64,000 bases of DNA from the NCBI GenBank assembly GCA_018396775.1, contig JAGTRF010000007.1, forward strand, positions 22,179 to 86,178. Reading direction: 5' to 3'. Made by a program: the position numbers and the translations under genes. The DNA is from Candidatus Bathyarchaeota archaeon (GTDB lineage Archaea > Thermoproteota > Bathyarchaeia > 40CM-2-53-6 > DTDX01). Shown piece after piece: positions 10,101 to 19,188 of the stretch (position 1 is its first letter; each line of letters starts with the position of its first letter). The notes beneath the pieces were generated by a model. It saw only the letters and a program-made list of their open reading frames with translations. It was not told where the DNA came from and made no database searches.

Positions 10101-10521
10101 ATTTAAATCTTAACTTCCTCCAGTTATTTCTTATTCTTTTTTACGTGATTTAACTGCTTAACAAGCTTATAATTTTCTTTATGTTTTCAATTTGCTATAA
10201 GCTTCACTATTTTCTAATAATTTTTAAGGCGCTTAAATTCTTATTAACTTTTAAATTGCAAATAGTAAAACGAAGATTCGCAATACCTTTTGATATTTGC
10301 ATTTTATCCGGATCGTCAGGCTCAGGTAAATCTATTTTCTATTGAGAATTTGCAGCTTTAAGCTTAAAGGAAGAAATTCACGTTATAATCATGCTAATAG
10401 ATGAATTGCCACAACAATTTTCTAAAAAACCTTAAAAGTCACAGTGTTAATGAAGTAATTTTAAGCTTATTGCTTAAAATTATAGATGCTAACTCTTACA
10501 GTTATATAGCATAGCAATCTA

Positions 10522-11325
10522 TTAGAAAAATAATTGAGGTAAAACTAGAAGCAGCCATGTTGGAATAGTTATTAACACCCAAACAGCTGGACTCCAAGAA
10601 AAAACTTTTCTTCCATCCATCATTCCAAATGGAAGTAAATTAAATGCTGCTAGCCAAAGGTTTATTTCAAACCCTGATAAACCTATGGCTTCAACTATTC
10701 CGCCAAGTTTAGTTAAGGGAAGAAATATTAAAGCTGCAAGAATGTTAGCTAATGGTCCGGATAAGGAGATTATTCCATTTTCCCTTTTTGTAACCCCATA
10801 ACCAAAACCAAGATATCTTGGAATTATGTATACTGCTCCTGGAGCGGCGAAAATTACTCTTCCACCTGAAATTAAAGCAAAAATTAAAGCCATAAATAAA
10901 CCTAAAGGCCAAAGCCTGAACTCTGCCCAACATCCGTAAGCACGTGCAACATATCTATGAGTTAATTCATGAATTATAAACCCAAAGCCTAGCGTAATTA
11001 ACGAAATAAAAAATTTTATTGGGAAATAAGTTGGGGTAAATAAAGCGCTAGTTGAAAAACAAAAAGCTAAAACCAACCAAGCAATAAGCAATTGTTTAAG
11101 TTCTGATGTTAACTTAATAGGCGATTTAAGAGATAAACGTTTCGCTTTAACCTGTTGCGTTAGAACCTCTGGTATATTTTTAATTGAAGCTTTAGCTGAG
11201 CTTAAACCAGGACATGAATGAGCTTCAGGCAACCTATGAAGCATGCAATAAGGTTTTCCGCAATAGTTGCATATAAAAGGAAGCGTTACACTTACTCCAC
11301 ATGCTTCACACTTCTTCATCAACAA
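10522..11325 (-). CDS. AN1-type zinc finger fused to site-2-protease (M50) family intramembrane metalloprotease
   Basis: 267 aa. The N-terminus fits the AN1 pattern exactly: C-x2-C-x9-C-x2-C-x4-C-x2-H-x5-H-x-C (CEACGVSVTLPFICNYCGKPYCMLHRLPEAHSC). It is then polytopic, with HELTH (HExxH) and NLLPFGMMDG (NxxPxxxxDG), the S2P hallmarks. Confidence 0.8.
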   Translation of the reverse strand: MLMKKCEACGVSVTLPFICNYCGKPYCMLHRLPEAHSCPGLSSAKASIKNIPEVLTQQVKAKRLSLKSPIKLTSELKQLLIAWLVLAFCFSTSALFTPTYFPIKFFISLITLGFGFIIHELTHRYVARAYGCWAEFRLWPLGLFMALIFALISGGRVIFAAPGAVYIIPRYLGFGYGVTKRENGIISLSGPLANILAALIFLPLTKLGGIVEAIGLSGFEINLWLAAFNLLPFGMMDGRKVFSWSPAVWVLITIPTWLLLVLPQLFF

Positions 11326-11742
11326 TCCCCTATAATAAACGGTTTTAGCAGCAAATTAACTCTTAAAATATAAGGTTTAAAAGCTTTTTAATACTTCATT
11401 TATTAATTCGCTTGTTTCTTTAATAAGGCTTCTCTCAATTTTACCTTTATAGTTTTTTTAATAAAAACGGATATAGCCTAAAGCTTCTAAAACCCTTCAT
11501 TTTTCAACTTTCTTAACTGAAGCTGCGTACTATCATTTACAGTAATGACGTTTTTGAGAGATCCGCCTTCCTGCGTAAAACCTCAATTTTTTGATTTTCA
11601 CTTAAAAATCAAAAAAAGTACCTAAAACGCATTATTTTAAAAAGTAACTTTACTAGTAAAACTGCAGCAGTTAACTATAATAGCCAAAAATAAATGTTTC
11701 TTGAAAACATGTTAGAAAATGAAGCTAATTCCTTAACTCATT

Positions 11743-11820
11743 TGGTGCGGCCGCCGGGATTTGAACCCGGGTCGTTGGCTTGGAAGGCCAATGTCCTAGA
11801 CCAGGCTAGACTACGGCCGC
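11743..11820 (-). tRNA. tRNA-Gly (anticodon UCC), CCA encoded
   Basis: The reverse complement is GCGGCCGTAGTCTAGCCTGGTCTAGGACATTGGCCTTCCAAGCCAACGACCCGGGTTCAAATCCCGGCGGCCGCACCA. Acceptor stem GCGGCCG/CGGCCGC of 7 bp; D stem GUCU/GGAC. Anticodon stem TTGGC/GCCAA with loop CUUCCAA; T arm CCGGG-TTCAAAT-CCCGG. It is the only GC-rich island in an AT-rich spacer. Confidence 0.9.
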
Positions 11821-11842
11821 TCCTTATTTTTCCTTTAAACTC

Positions 11843-11852
11843 TAATTAATAA
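11843..11852 (-). promoter_or_regulatory. TATA-like box upstream of tRNA-Gly
   Basis: On the minus strand TTATTAATTA lies about 23-32 nt upstream of the tRNA 5' end, the usual archaeal TATA spacing. The AT-rich background makes this weak evidence. Confidence 0.25.
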
Positions 11853-11917
11853 AACTTTTCTCTTAAATATCGTTTTAAACCTTTAATTTTAAATTAATAT
11901 TTTTCAATTAATTTCAT

Positions 11918-13312
11918 GTGGTTTTCATGAATATAAACATAAGAAATAAGGATGCTTTAATAACTAATGGATTAACTGTAGAAACTCAAGAAGCTAGAAG
12001 ATTGATTTTAAATGGGTTGGAGGAAGCTTTAAGTTTTGCTAATCCATACTCTTTCTTGTCATCTCATGTTTCTAGAGTAGATGATAACCTTAAAATTGAT
12101 GAATGGATTTTTAATTTAAATCGTTTTAAAAGAATTTTTTTGGTTGGTGCTGGAAAAGCTTGCGAAAGCATGGCTGCTTTTATAGAATCTATTTTAAACG
12201 ATAAACTGGTTGAAGGTTGGGTTAACATTCCTAAAGGTTCTAGAAAAGGGTTTTCTTTAAATAAGGTTAAGATTCATGAGTCTTCTCACCCCATTCCAGA
12301 TGAATCCAGTTCAACTGGAGCTTTGAAAATAATTGAAATAATTGAAAAAGCTGAAGCGGAAGATTTAATTATTTGCGTTTTATCTGGTGGCGGCTCAGCT
12401 CTTATGACTGCCCCAAGAAAAAGTTTATCTCTTAAAGATAAACAAGAAGTTACGAAAAAACTTATGCTTGCAGGCGCTGATATAAAGGAGTTAAATTGCA
12501 TTAGAAAGCATTTATCAGCTATTAAAGGTGGATGGTTAGCTAAAAAAGCCTATCCAGCCACAGTTATTTCATTAATTTTATCTGATGTTGTTGGTGATGA
12601 TTTAAGCGTTATAGCATCAGGTCCCACTTCCCCTGATAATTCTACATTTAAGGAGGCTATAGAAATTCTTATGAAATATGATGTTTGGGACAATATTTCG
12701 CAATCTATTAAAAGCTTTCTTTTGGATGGAGAAAAAGGGTTAATGGAGGAAACTCCTAAAGAAGGGGATGAATGCTTTCAAAAAACTTATAATTTTATAA
12801 TTGGAAGCAATAGAGAGGTTTGCTTTAAGCTTCTTGAGTTTTATGAAGAGAAGGGGCTAAACTCTATTTTTTTAACATCTCAATTAACGGGTGAAGCTAA
12901 AGAAGCTGGGAAATTTTATGCGTCAATATTGCGCGAAATTGAATCTTCAAATAATCCTGTTAAAAAACCTTGTGCTGTAATTTTAGGCGGGGAAACTACT
13001 GTTACAGTGAAGGGTAAAGGGGTTGGTGGAAGAAATCAAGAAAGCATGGCTTCTGCTTGCATTGAAATTGATGGAATAAATGGTGCAGCGATAGCTTCTA
13101 TAGGAACTGATGGAATAGATGGTGTTACAGATGCTGCAGGAGCAATTATCGATGGTTTTACTTTGCAAAGATCTAAAAAAATAGGCTTAAATTTAAAGAA
13201 AATTCTTCAAAATAATGATTCTTATTATTTCTTTAAAGCATTAAATGATTTAATATTTACTGGTCCTACAGGAACAAATGTTAATGATATTACAATATTA
13301 GTTAAAATATAA
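11918..13312 (+). CDS. glycerate 2-kinase / hydroxypyruvate reductase-like (DUF4147 + MOFRL family)
   Basis: 464 aa. LVGAGKA, VLSGGGSALM, KHLSAIKGG, GGETTVTVKG.GVGGRNQE and GTDGIDG blocks are typical of TtuD/MOFRL glycerate 2-kinases. GTG at 11918, or ATG at 11927. Confidence 0.75.
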   Translation: MVFMNINIRNKDALITNGLTVETQEARRLILNGLEEALSFANPYSFLSSHVSRVDDNLKIDEWIFNLNRFKRIFLVGAGKACESMAAFIESILNDKLVEGWVNIPKGSRKGFSLNKVKIHESSHPIPDESSSTGALKIIEIIEKAEAEDLIICVLSGGGSALMTAPRKSLSLKDKQEVTKKLMLAGADIKELNCIRKHLSAIKGGWLAKKAYPATVISLILSDVVGDDLSVIASGPTSPDNSTFKEAIEILMKYDVWDNISQSIKSFLLDGEKGLMEETPKEGDECFQKTYNFIIGSNREVCFKLLEFYEEKGLNSIFLTSQLTGEAKEAGKFYASILREIESSNNPVKKPCAVILGGETTVTVKGKGVGGRNQESMASACIEIDGINGAAIASIGTDGIDGVTDAAGAIIDGFTLQRSKKIGLNLKKILQNNDSYYFFKALNDLIFTGPTGTNVNDITILVKI

Positions 13313-13392
13313 TATAGCGAAAGTTGCAAAAAATTTATGAGGAGAATAAAGAAAATATTTTTTAAAAAAGAGGAAGGAGTTGGAAAGCTTTA

Positions 13393-13872
13393 TTGAATGA
13401 TAATAAAGCAAGATTTAAAGTGAAAATTGGGGAATTTGAATTTGAGTTGGAAGGCGATGAAGCTTACGTTAAAAGCAAGCTTGAAGAACTTTTAAAGATT
13501 ATTCCTTTAGAAAAGCTTTTAAAAGGAGAAAGCAGAGAAACGCATGTTTCTTCAAGCTTAAAGGAGCTTGAAGGTGTAATTGAATATACGCCTGAAGGAA
13601 AATTATATTTAACTGTTCCCGCAGATTCTTTAACCTCTAAAGAAGCTTTAGGCATTATTCTTTACGCTGTTTATCCAAATAAGCTGTCTGATGAAGAGTT
13701 AAGCAATATGCTTAGCTTAAGCTGGAAACCCACTCGAAAAGAAGCTGTTAGAGCTAGAGCAAGCGAGCTTAAAAAAGAAGGAAAAATAATAGCTGATGAA
13801 GGGAAATATGGGCTTTCAGGCGTAGGTTTTCAATGGATTAAAAATGAAGTGTTAGCAAGGTTAAAGCGTTAA
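13393..13872 (+). CDS. hypothetical protein (possible C-terminal winged-helix)
   Basis: 159 aa ORF with a TTG start and no recognisable motif. The coding-like composition and its position filling the gap between two genes are the only support. Confidence 0.45.
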   Translation: MNDNKARFKVKIGEFEFELEGDEAYVKSKLEELLKIIPLEKLLKGESRETHVSSSLKELEGVIEYTPEGKLYLTVPADSLTSKEALGIILYAVYPNKLSDEELSNMLSLSWKPTRKEAVRARASELKKEGKIIADEGKYGLSGVGFQWIKNEVLARLKR

Positions 13873-13938
13873 AAATCATTTAAACAGAAAATAGTTTTAT
13901 TAATGTTTTATCTTTAAATTAATGGTGGTTGAAGTGTT

Positions 13939-15066
13939 TTGAGGGAAGCGATTAAAATTAACGAAGTTTGCTTTGATAAAGAAGAAGTTAGGCTTATAGA
14001 AGAAGTTTTGAAAAGCGGTATATTAACGAATAAAAATGGTATGGGCCCAAAAGTTTTAGAGTTTGAAAGAGCTTTCGCTGATTATATTGGGGTTAAATAT
14101 TCTGTAGCTGTATCAAGTGGAACAGCAGCTCTTCATGCAGCTTTAATGGCTTTAGATTTAAAACATAAAGATGAAGTGATTTTACCTTCATTAACTTTTC
14201 CAGCTGCTGCTGAAGCAGTTGTTTTAACAGGGGCTATCCCTATTTTCGCTGATGTAAGTGAAGAAACTTATTGTATAGATGTGGAAAGCATTGAAGATTC
14301 ATTAAGCAAAAATACTAAAGTGATTATTCCAGTTCATCTTTACGGTTTACCAGCGGACATGGATCCGATTATGAAGTTAGCTGAAGATAATGATATAGCT
14401 GTAATAGAGGATGGCGCTCAAGCTCATGGAGCTTTATATAAAGCTAGAAAAGTTGGGTCAATAGGGGATATGGGTTGCTTCAGCTTTTACGCAACAAAAA
14501 ACATGACTACTGGAGAGGGAGGAATAGTAACTTCAAATAATAAAGAATATGTTGAAGCTTTAAGAGCTATTAGAAATCATGGTGAATCTAGAGAAAATTG
14601 GAATACTAGGCTTGGACACAATTATAGAATGAGCGAAATTCAAGCTGCTTTAGGAATAGCTCAATTAAAAAAGCTTCCTGAATTTATTGAGAAAAGAAGA
14701 AATAATGCTAAAAGATTAAGTGAAGAATTAAATGATGTAAATAATTTAATTCTTCCAAAAGAACCTGAAGGTTTTACTCATGCATGGAACCTTTATACAG
14801 TAAGAGTAAAGGGAGTAAATGCGACTAGAAGAAATAAAATTGTAGCAAAGCTTAGAGAGAAGGGGATTTATGCAACTGTTTATTATGAAACGCCCACTCA
14901 TTTACTCCCCTTTTATATGGGGATAGATGATCGTAGAAAAAAAGATTTAACTAAAACAGAAAAGATTGTTCACCAAATTTTTTCTCTTCCAATTCACCCA
15001 AAAGTTTCTCCTGAAGATATAGAGTATATGAGTAAAACCTTAAAGAAAATCATGAATAAACTTTAA
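13939..15066 (+). CDS. DegT/DnrJ/EryC1/StrS-family PLP-dependent (sugar) aminotransferase
   Basis: 375 aa. VSSGTAALHAAL, DGAQAHGA and FSFYATKNMTTGEGG (PLP lysine context) are typical of the family. Confidence 0.85.
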   Translation: MREAIKINEVCFDKEEVRLIEEVLKSGILTNKNGMGPKVLEFERAFADYIGVKYSVAVSSGTAALHAALMALDLKHKDEVILPSLTFPAAAEAVVLTGAIPIFADVSEETYCIDVESIEDSLSKNTKVIIPVHLYGLPADMDPIMKLAEDNDIAVIEDGAQAHGALYKARKVGSIGDMGCFSFYATKNMTTGEGGIVTSNNKEYVEALRAIRNHGESRENWNTRLGHNYRMSEIQAALGIAQLKKLPEFIEKRRNNAKRLSEELNDVNNLILPKEPEGFTHAWNLYTVRVKGVNATRRNKIVAKLREKGIYATVYYETPTHLLPFYMGIDDRRKKDLTKTEKIVHQIFSLPIHPKVSPEDIEYMSKTLKKIMNKL

Positions 15067-15073
15067 ATTTATT

Positions 15074-16237
15074 TTATAAAATTTTACGCACTCTTTCGCA
15101 AGCTTCTTTAATTCTTTCTAGAGGTATTGTTAAAGCAAATCTAATATAGCTTTCACCGTATTTTCCAAACCCTACTCCAGGTGTGGTTACAACATTCACT
15201 TCAAGCAGCTTCTTCACGAAATCTATTGACTTTCCAAAGCATTTAGCCCAAATGTAAAAGGTTCCTTTAGGTTTATAGCATTTTAACCCCATAGCGTTTA
15301 ACTCTTCAACAAGATAATCTCGTCTTTTCCTGTAAATCTCATTTCTTTCTTTAATATATGGAGGAGGCTGATTAGATGTGTAGCTTTCAAGAGCTTTAAC
15401 AGCTGCTTTTTGAATGTAAACTTGTGGTCCAGAATCTATTTGAGATTTAACTTTAACTAAGCCTTCTATAAGCTCAGCGTTGCCAACTGCAAACCCTATT
15501 CTATCCCCTGTCATACTGAATGTTTTAGAGCATGAATGAAACTCTATAGCGTATTCTTTAGAATCACCTACTTGAAGTATGCTTGGCGCTTTATAATCAT
15601 CGAAAGTCAACTCTGAATAAGCATTATCATAACAAATTATTAAATTATTTTCTTTAGCAAACTCTACAACTTCTTCAAGCTTTTCTTTATTTATAACAGC
15701 TCCAGTTGGGTTATTTGGATAATTTAAAAACATCATTTTAACGTTTTCTACATTTAATTTATTTAGTTTAGGTAGAAAATTGTTTTCTTCAAGAAGAGGC
15801 ATAAAAACAGGTATATTATCATTAAGTAAGGTAGCGCCGTTTAAGTAAACGGGGTAAGCTGGATCAGGAACCAAAACTTTTTCTCCAGGATTTAAAAAAG
15901 CTCTTGAAATATTTGCTAAGCCTTCTTTAGACCCTATTAAAGCTGTTACTTCAGTTTCCGGATTTAAATCTACATTAAACCTTTTTTTATACCATTCAGC
16001 TACTGCTCTTTTAAATTCTTCTTCTCCTTGACTAAAAGAGTAGTTATGGTTTTTAGGGTTTAAAGCTTCTCTAGCTAAACTTTCAAGGATAAATTTTGGT
16101 GGAGGAACATCTGGGTCTCCAACTCCAAAAGAAATTAAATCTTTCCCTTCTTTTCTTTTTTGAGTTATGATTTTTTCTATTTCAGCAAATAAGTATGGTG
16201 GAAGCTTATCTAACCTGTTTGATTTTCTCCAACGCAT
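15074..16237 (-). CDS. dapL: LL-diaminopimelate aminotransferase (class I aminotransferase)
   Basis: 387 aa. LPPYLFAEI N-terminal block, NYPNNPTG and SCSKTFSMTGDRIG (PLP Lys). It sits as the last gene of a dapA-dapB-lysA-dapF cluster. Confidence 0.75.
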   Translation of the reverse strand: MRWRKSNRLDKLPPYLFAEIEKIITQKRKEGKDLISFGVGDPDVPPPKFILESLAREALNPKNHNYSFSQGEEEFKRAVAEWYKKRFNVDLNPETEVTALIGSKEGLANISRAFLNPGEKVLVPDPAYPVYLNGATLLNDNIPVFMPLLEENNFLPKLNKLNVENVKMMFLNYPNNPTGAVINKEKLEEVVEFAKENNLIICYDNAYSELTFDDYKAPSILQVGDSKEYAIEFHSCSKTFSMTGDRIGFAVGNAELIEGLVKVKSQIDSGPQVYIQKAAVKALESYTSNQPPPYIKERNEIYRKRRDYLVEELNAMGLKCYKPKGTFYIWAKCFGKSIDFVKKLLEVNVVTTPGVGFGKYGESYIRFALTIPLERIKEACERVRKIL

Positions 16238-16265
16238 TTTAACCGTTTTTGCCCTCCTTTAATTT

Positions 16266-17102
16266 TTAAAGTTTTATTTCCCCTTCAAAAACTTTAATAG
16301 CTGGCCCACTTAATAAAACTTCATCGTTAATTTTAATTTTTAATTCTCCACCCCTAAGTTTAACTAAAACATTTTCTCCAGTTTTCTTTAGTAAATTGCT
16401 AACTACAGCGCTAGCGCATGCACCTGTTCCGCAAGCTAAAGTTTCTCCACAACCTCTTTCCCAGACTCTAACCTTTAAAGCATCCTTATTTAAAACTTCA
16501 ACGAATTCAACATTCACTCTATTTGGAAATAATGGATGAGTCTCTATTTTTGATCCAAACCTTTTTACTGGAAAATCTTCCAAGTTATTAACAAATATTA
16601 CGCAATGAGGGTTTCCCATAGATAAACATGTGGCTTTAAAAAGCTCATTTTCTACTCTTATTTCTTCATTTATAAATGTGCCTTCACCAAGCATTGGAAT
16701 TAATTTTCTTTCAAAAATAGGTTTACCCATGTTAACTTTAACTTTTTTAACTTTTTCATCTTCAATTTTTAACCAAACCTTTTTTAATCCAGCTTTAGTT
16801 TCTATAATTAATTCTTTTCTTCTTGATATAGCTGTCTCATAATAAAATTTAGCTGCGCATCTTATTCCATTACCGCACATTTCAGCTTCGCTACCATCCT
16901 TGTTAAATATTCTCATTTTAAAATCAGCTTTATTGCAAACTGGTTTTTGCAGTAAAATAAGGCCATCTGCCCCTATAGAAAATCTTCTTCGACAAAGCTT
17001 TCTCGCTTTTTCTTCAGGGTTTTTAATTAAGTCTTCTCTATCATCAATAATTATGTAATCGTTTCCTAATCCATGCATTTTCCAAAATTTTGCTTTAACC
17101 AA
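16266..17102 (-). CDS. dapF: diaminopimelate epimerase
   Basis: 278 aa. KMHGLGNDY, MCGNGIRC and ACGTGACA, the two catalytic Cys motifs. Confidence 0.9.
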   Translation of the reverse strand: MVKAKFWKMHGLGNDYIIIDDREDLIKNPEEKARKLCRRRFSIGADGLILLQKPVCNKADFKMRIFNKDGSEAEMCGNGIRCAAKFYYETAISRRKELIIETKAGLKKVWLKIEDEKVKKVKVNMGKPIFERKLIPMLGEGTFINEEIRVENELFKATCLSMGNPHCVIFVNNLEDFPVKRFGSKIETHPLFPNRVNVEFVEVLNKDALKVRVWERGCGETLACGTGACASAVVSNLLKKTGENVLVKLRGGELKIKINDEVLLSGPAIKVFEGEIKL

Positions 17103-18376
17103 GTTGCAATCCTCTGCCCAATCAAAAGAGTATTAAAATTCTCTCTTTCTCTAATTAATTCAAATCTTCCTTTATTAACTAAAACTTCAGCTGGTCTAGG
17201 CCTAGCGTTATATTGAGAGCTCATTGAGAAACCGTAAGCTCCAGTGTTAAGCACAGCTAACACGTCTCCTTCATCAACTTTAGGCATAATTCTTTTTTTA
17301 GCTAAGAAATCAGCGCTTTCGCATATTGGTCCAACAACATCATATTCTTCTAGCTTTTCTTCATTAAGTTTATTAGCAACTAATATATGATGATAGGCAT
17401 TATACATTGCTGGTCTTATTAAAACGTTTAATCCTGCATCAACTCCAATAAACTTTTTTGTTGGCGTAACCTTAATTGAAACTGCTTTAGTCAATAAAAT
17501 TCCAGCATCACAAACTATATATCTGCCAGGCTCTATAGCAAAGAAAGGTTCAGAATTTAAATCTTTAATTTTCCTTTTAAAAATTGATATTATAGATTCA
17601 GCATACTTTTCAATGCTTAATTCTGTTTCTTCAGGTTTATATGGAACACCTAGCCCGCCGCCAAAATTAATAAAATCGAAAGTTAAACCGCAGTTTTCCT
17701 TAATTTCCTTAACTATATTCAAAAACACTTCTGCCGCTTGTGTAAAAACGTTTATATTTAATATTCCTGAACCTATGTGCATATGTATTCCAAACTTTTT
17801 TACTCCAGCTTTTTCAGCTTCTTTATAAGCTTTTTCAGCTTCATTTTGCCATAAACCAAATTTAGATTCTTCTCCCCCAGTTATGCAATAATTGTGATGA
17901 CCAAACCCTATACCTGGATTTACTCTAACAGATAAAACTTCTGGAACAGTTATTTTAAGAAGCTTTTTTAATTGAGAAAGCGAATCTATATTTATTGTTG
18001 CTCCAACTTCAACAGCGTATTTCACTTCCTCCTCACTAACACTTGTTCCAGTAAACAAAATTTTATCTGCTGGAAAACCAGCTTTTAAACCAAGAAATAT
18101 TTCTCCTGGAGAAACAGCGTCTAGCCATGCACCTTCTTTTAAAAGAATTTTTAAAACTGAAATATTAGAGTTTGCCTTAGCTGAATAATAAATTCTAATT
18201 TTATTATAATGCTTTTTTAATGCTGAGTTTAATCTTCTAAAGTTTTCCTCTATTCTTGATTGGCTTAAAACATAAAGGGGTGTTTTAAATTTTTCAGTCA
18301 ACTCTAATGTTGAAACGCCATCAATATAAAGCGTACCATTTTTATTTTCTAAATAGTTTAGCTGAAGCGGATTCAA
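17066..18376 (-). CDS. lysA: diaminopimelate decarboxylase
   Basis: 436 aa. YSAKAN (PLP Lys), HMHIGSG, GGGLGVPY, EPGR and CESADF motifs of group IV decarboxylases. Confidence 0.9.
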   Translation of the reverse strand: MNPLQLNYLENKNGTLYIDGVSTLELTEKFKTPLYVLSQSRIEENFRRLNSALKKHYNKIRIYYSAKANSNISVLKILLKEGAWLDAVSPGEIFLGLKAGFPADKILFTGTSVSEEEVKYAVEVGATINIDSLSQLKKLLKITVPEVLSVRVNPGIGFGHHNYCITGGEESKFGLWQNEAEKAYKEAEKAGVKKFGIHMHIGSGILNINVFTQAAEVFLNIVKEIKENCGLTFDFINFGGGLGVPYKPEETELSIEKYAESIISIFKRKIKDLNSEPFFAIEPGRYIVCDAGILLTKAVSIKVTPTKKFIGVDAGLNVLIRPAMYNAYHHILVANKLNEEKLEEYDVVGPICESADFLAKKRIMPKVDEGDVLAVLNTGAYGFSMSSQYNARPRPAEVLVNKGRFELIRERENFNTLLIGQRIATWLKQNFGKCMD

Positions 18377-18381
18377 AATAT

Positions 18382-19188
18382 TTAACGCTCCAATCCTAAA
18401 ACATCATTCATATCATAAATTTTAGGTTCCTTCCGGTTCATTAACCATTTAGCTGCATATAAAGCTCCTCTAGCAAAAACGCTTCTAGAAAAAGCTATAT
18501 GCTCAATTCTTATTAACTCATGTTGACCTGCTATAAAAATCTCATGAATTCCTGGAACACCGCCGCCTCTTGCAGATAAAACTTCTAATTCATTCTCGCT
18601 TCTTTTAGATAAGCCTTCTCTTCCATAAACTGTTTTTGAGTATCCTTTAAAGGAAGCTATTGCTTCAGCAATTTTTTTAGCAGTTCCGCTGGGCGCATCT
18701 ATTTTCCCTAAATGATGCATTTCAAAAATTGAAAAATCGTAATCTTTGGGAAGCGTTTTATAAAATTTTATTGAATTAAGCATTACGTTTAATCCTATAG
18801 AGAAATTTGGGGAAAAAACAGCTGGAACTTTACTTTTAACAGCTTTTTCAAGAATTTTTTTTTGCTCCTCTGTAAACCCAGTTGTTCCCATAACTATTCT
18901 TTTATTTAAATTAGCTACTTTAGGTAAATTTTCCAGCTCTGCTTTAGGAGTTGTGAAAGATATATATACATCAGCGTTTTTTAAAGCTATTTCTAAGTTT
19001 TGAGGCGTTAAAATTTCAACTTCTTTAGGCGTTAAACCTATTTCTCCAAGAGTTTTACCTGCATTCTCGCTTTCTAAAGCTGTGACTGCTCCAACGATCT
19101 TAAATTCCTCTATAGCAGCAGCCTCTTTAATTATGGTGCTTCCCATTTTCCCGTCAGCGCCTGCAACGCAAATTTTAATAGGCTTCAT
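18382..19188 (-). CDS. dapB: 4-hydroxy-tetrahydrodipicolinate reductase
   Basis: 268 aa. N-terminal Rossmann KICVAGADGKMG, then EMHHLGKIDAPSGTA (the E.HH..K.DAPSGTA signature). Confidence 0.85.
   Translation of the reverse strand: MKPIKICVAGADGKMGSTIIKEAAAIEEFKIVGAVTALESENAGKTLGEIGLTPKEVEILTPQNLEIALKNADVYISFTTPKAELENLPKVANLNKRIVMGTTGFTEEQKKILEKAVKSKVPAVFSPNFSIGLNVMLNSIKFYKTLPKDYDFSIFEMHHLGKIDAPSGTAKKIAEAIASFKGYSKTVYGREGLSKRSENELEVLSARGGGVPGIHEIFIAGQHELIRIEHIAFSRSVFARGALYAAKWLMNRKEPKIYDMNDVLGLER

Noticed and set aside
11510-11580. Possible box C/D sRNA (CTGA and ATGA-like elements near 11517-11560)
   Set aside because: There is no proper RUGAUGA C box. The CUGA element is on the wrong side relative to the C-like box on either strand, and no terminal stem is present.
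17066-17102. 37-nt lysA/dapF overlap considered as a programmed frameshift or fusion
   Set aside because: Both reading frames are complete with their own start and stop. The DapF N-terminus (KFWKMHGLGNDY) matches the family from its first residues. This is ordinary operon overlap.
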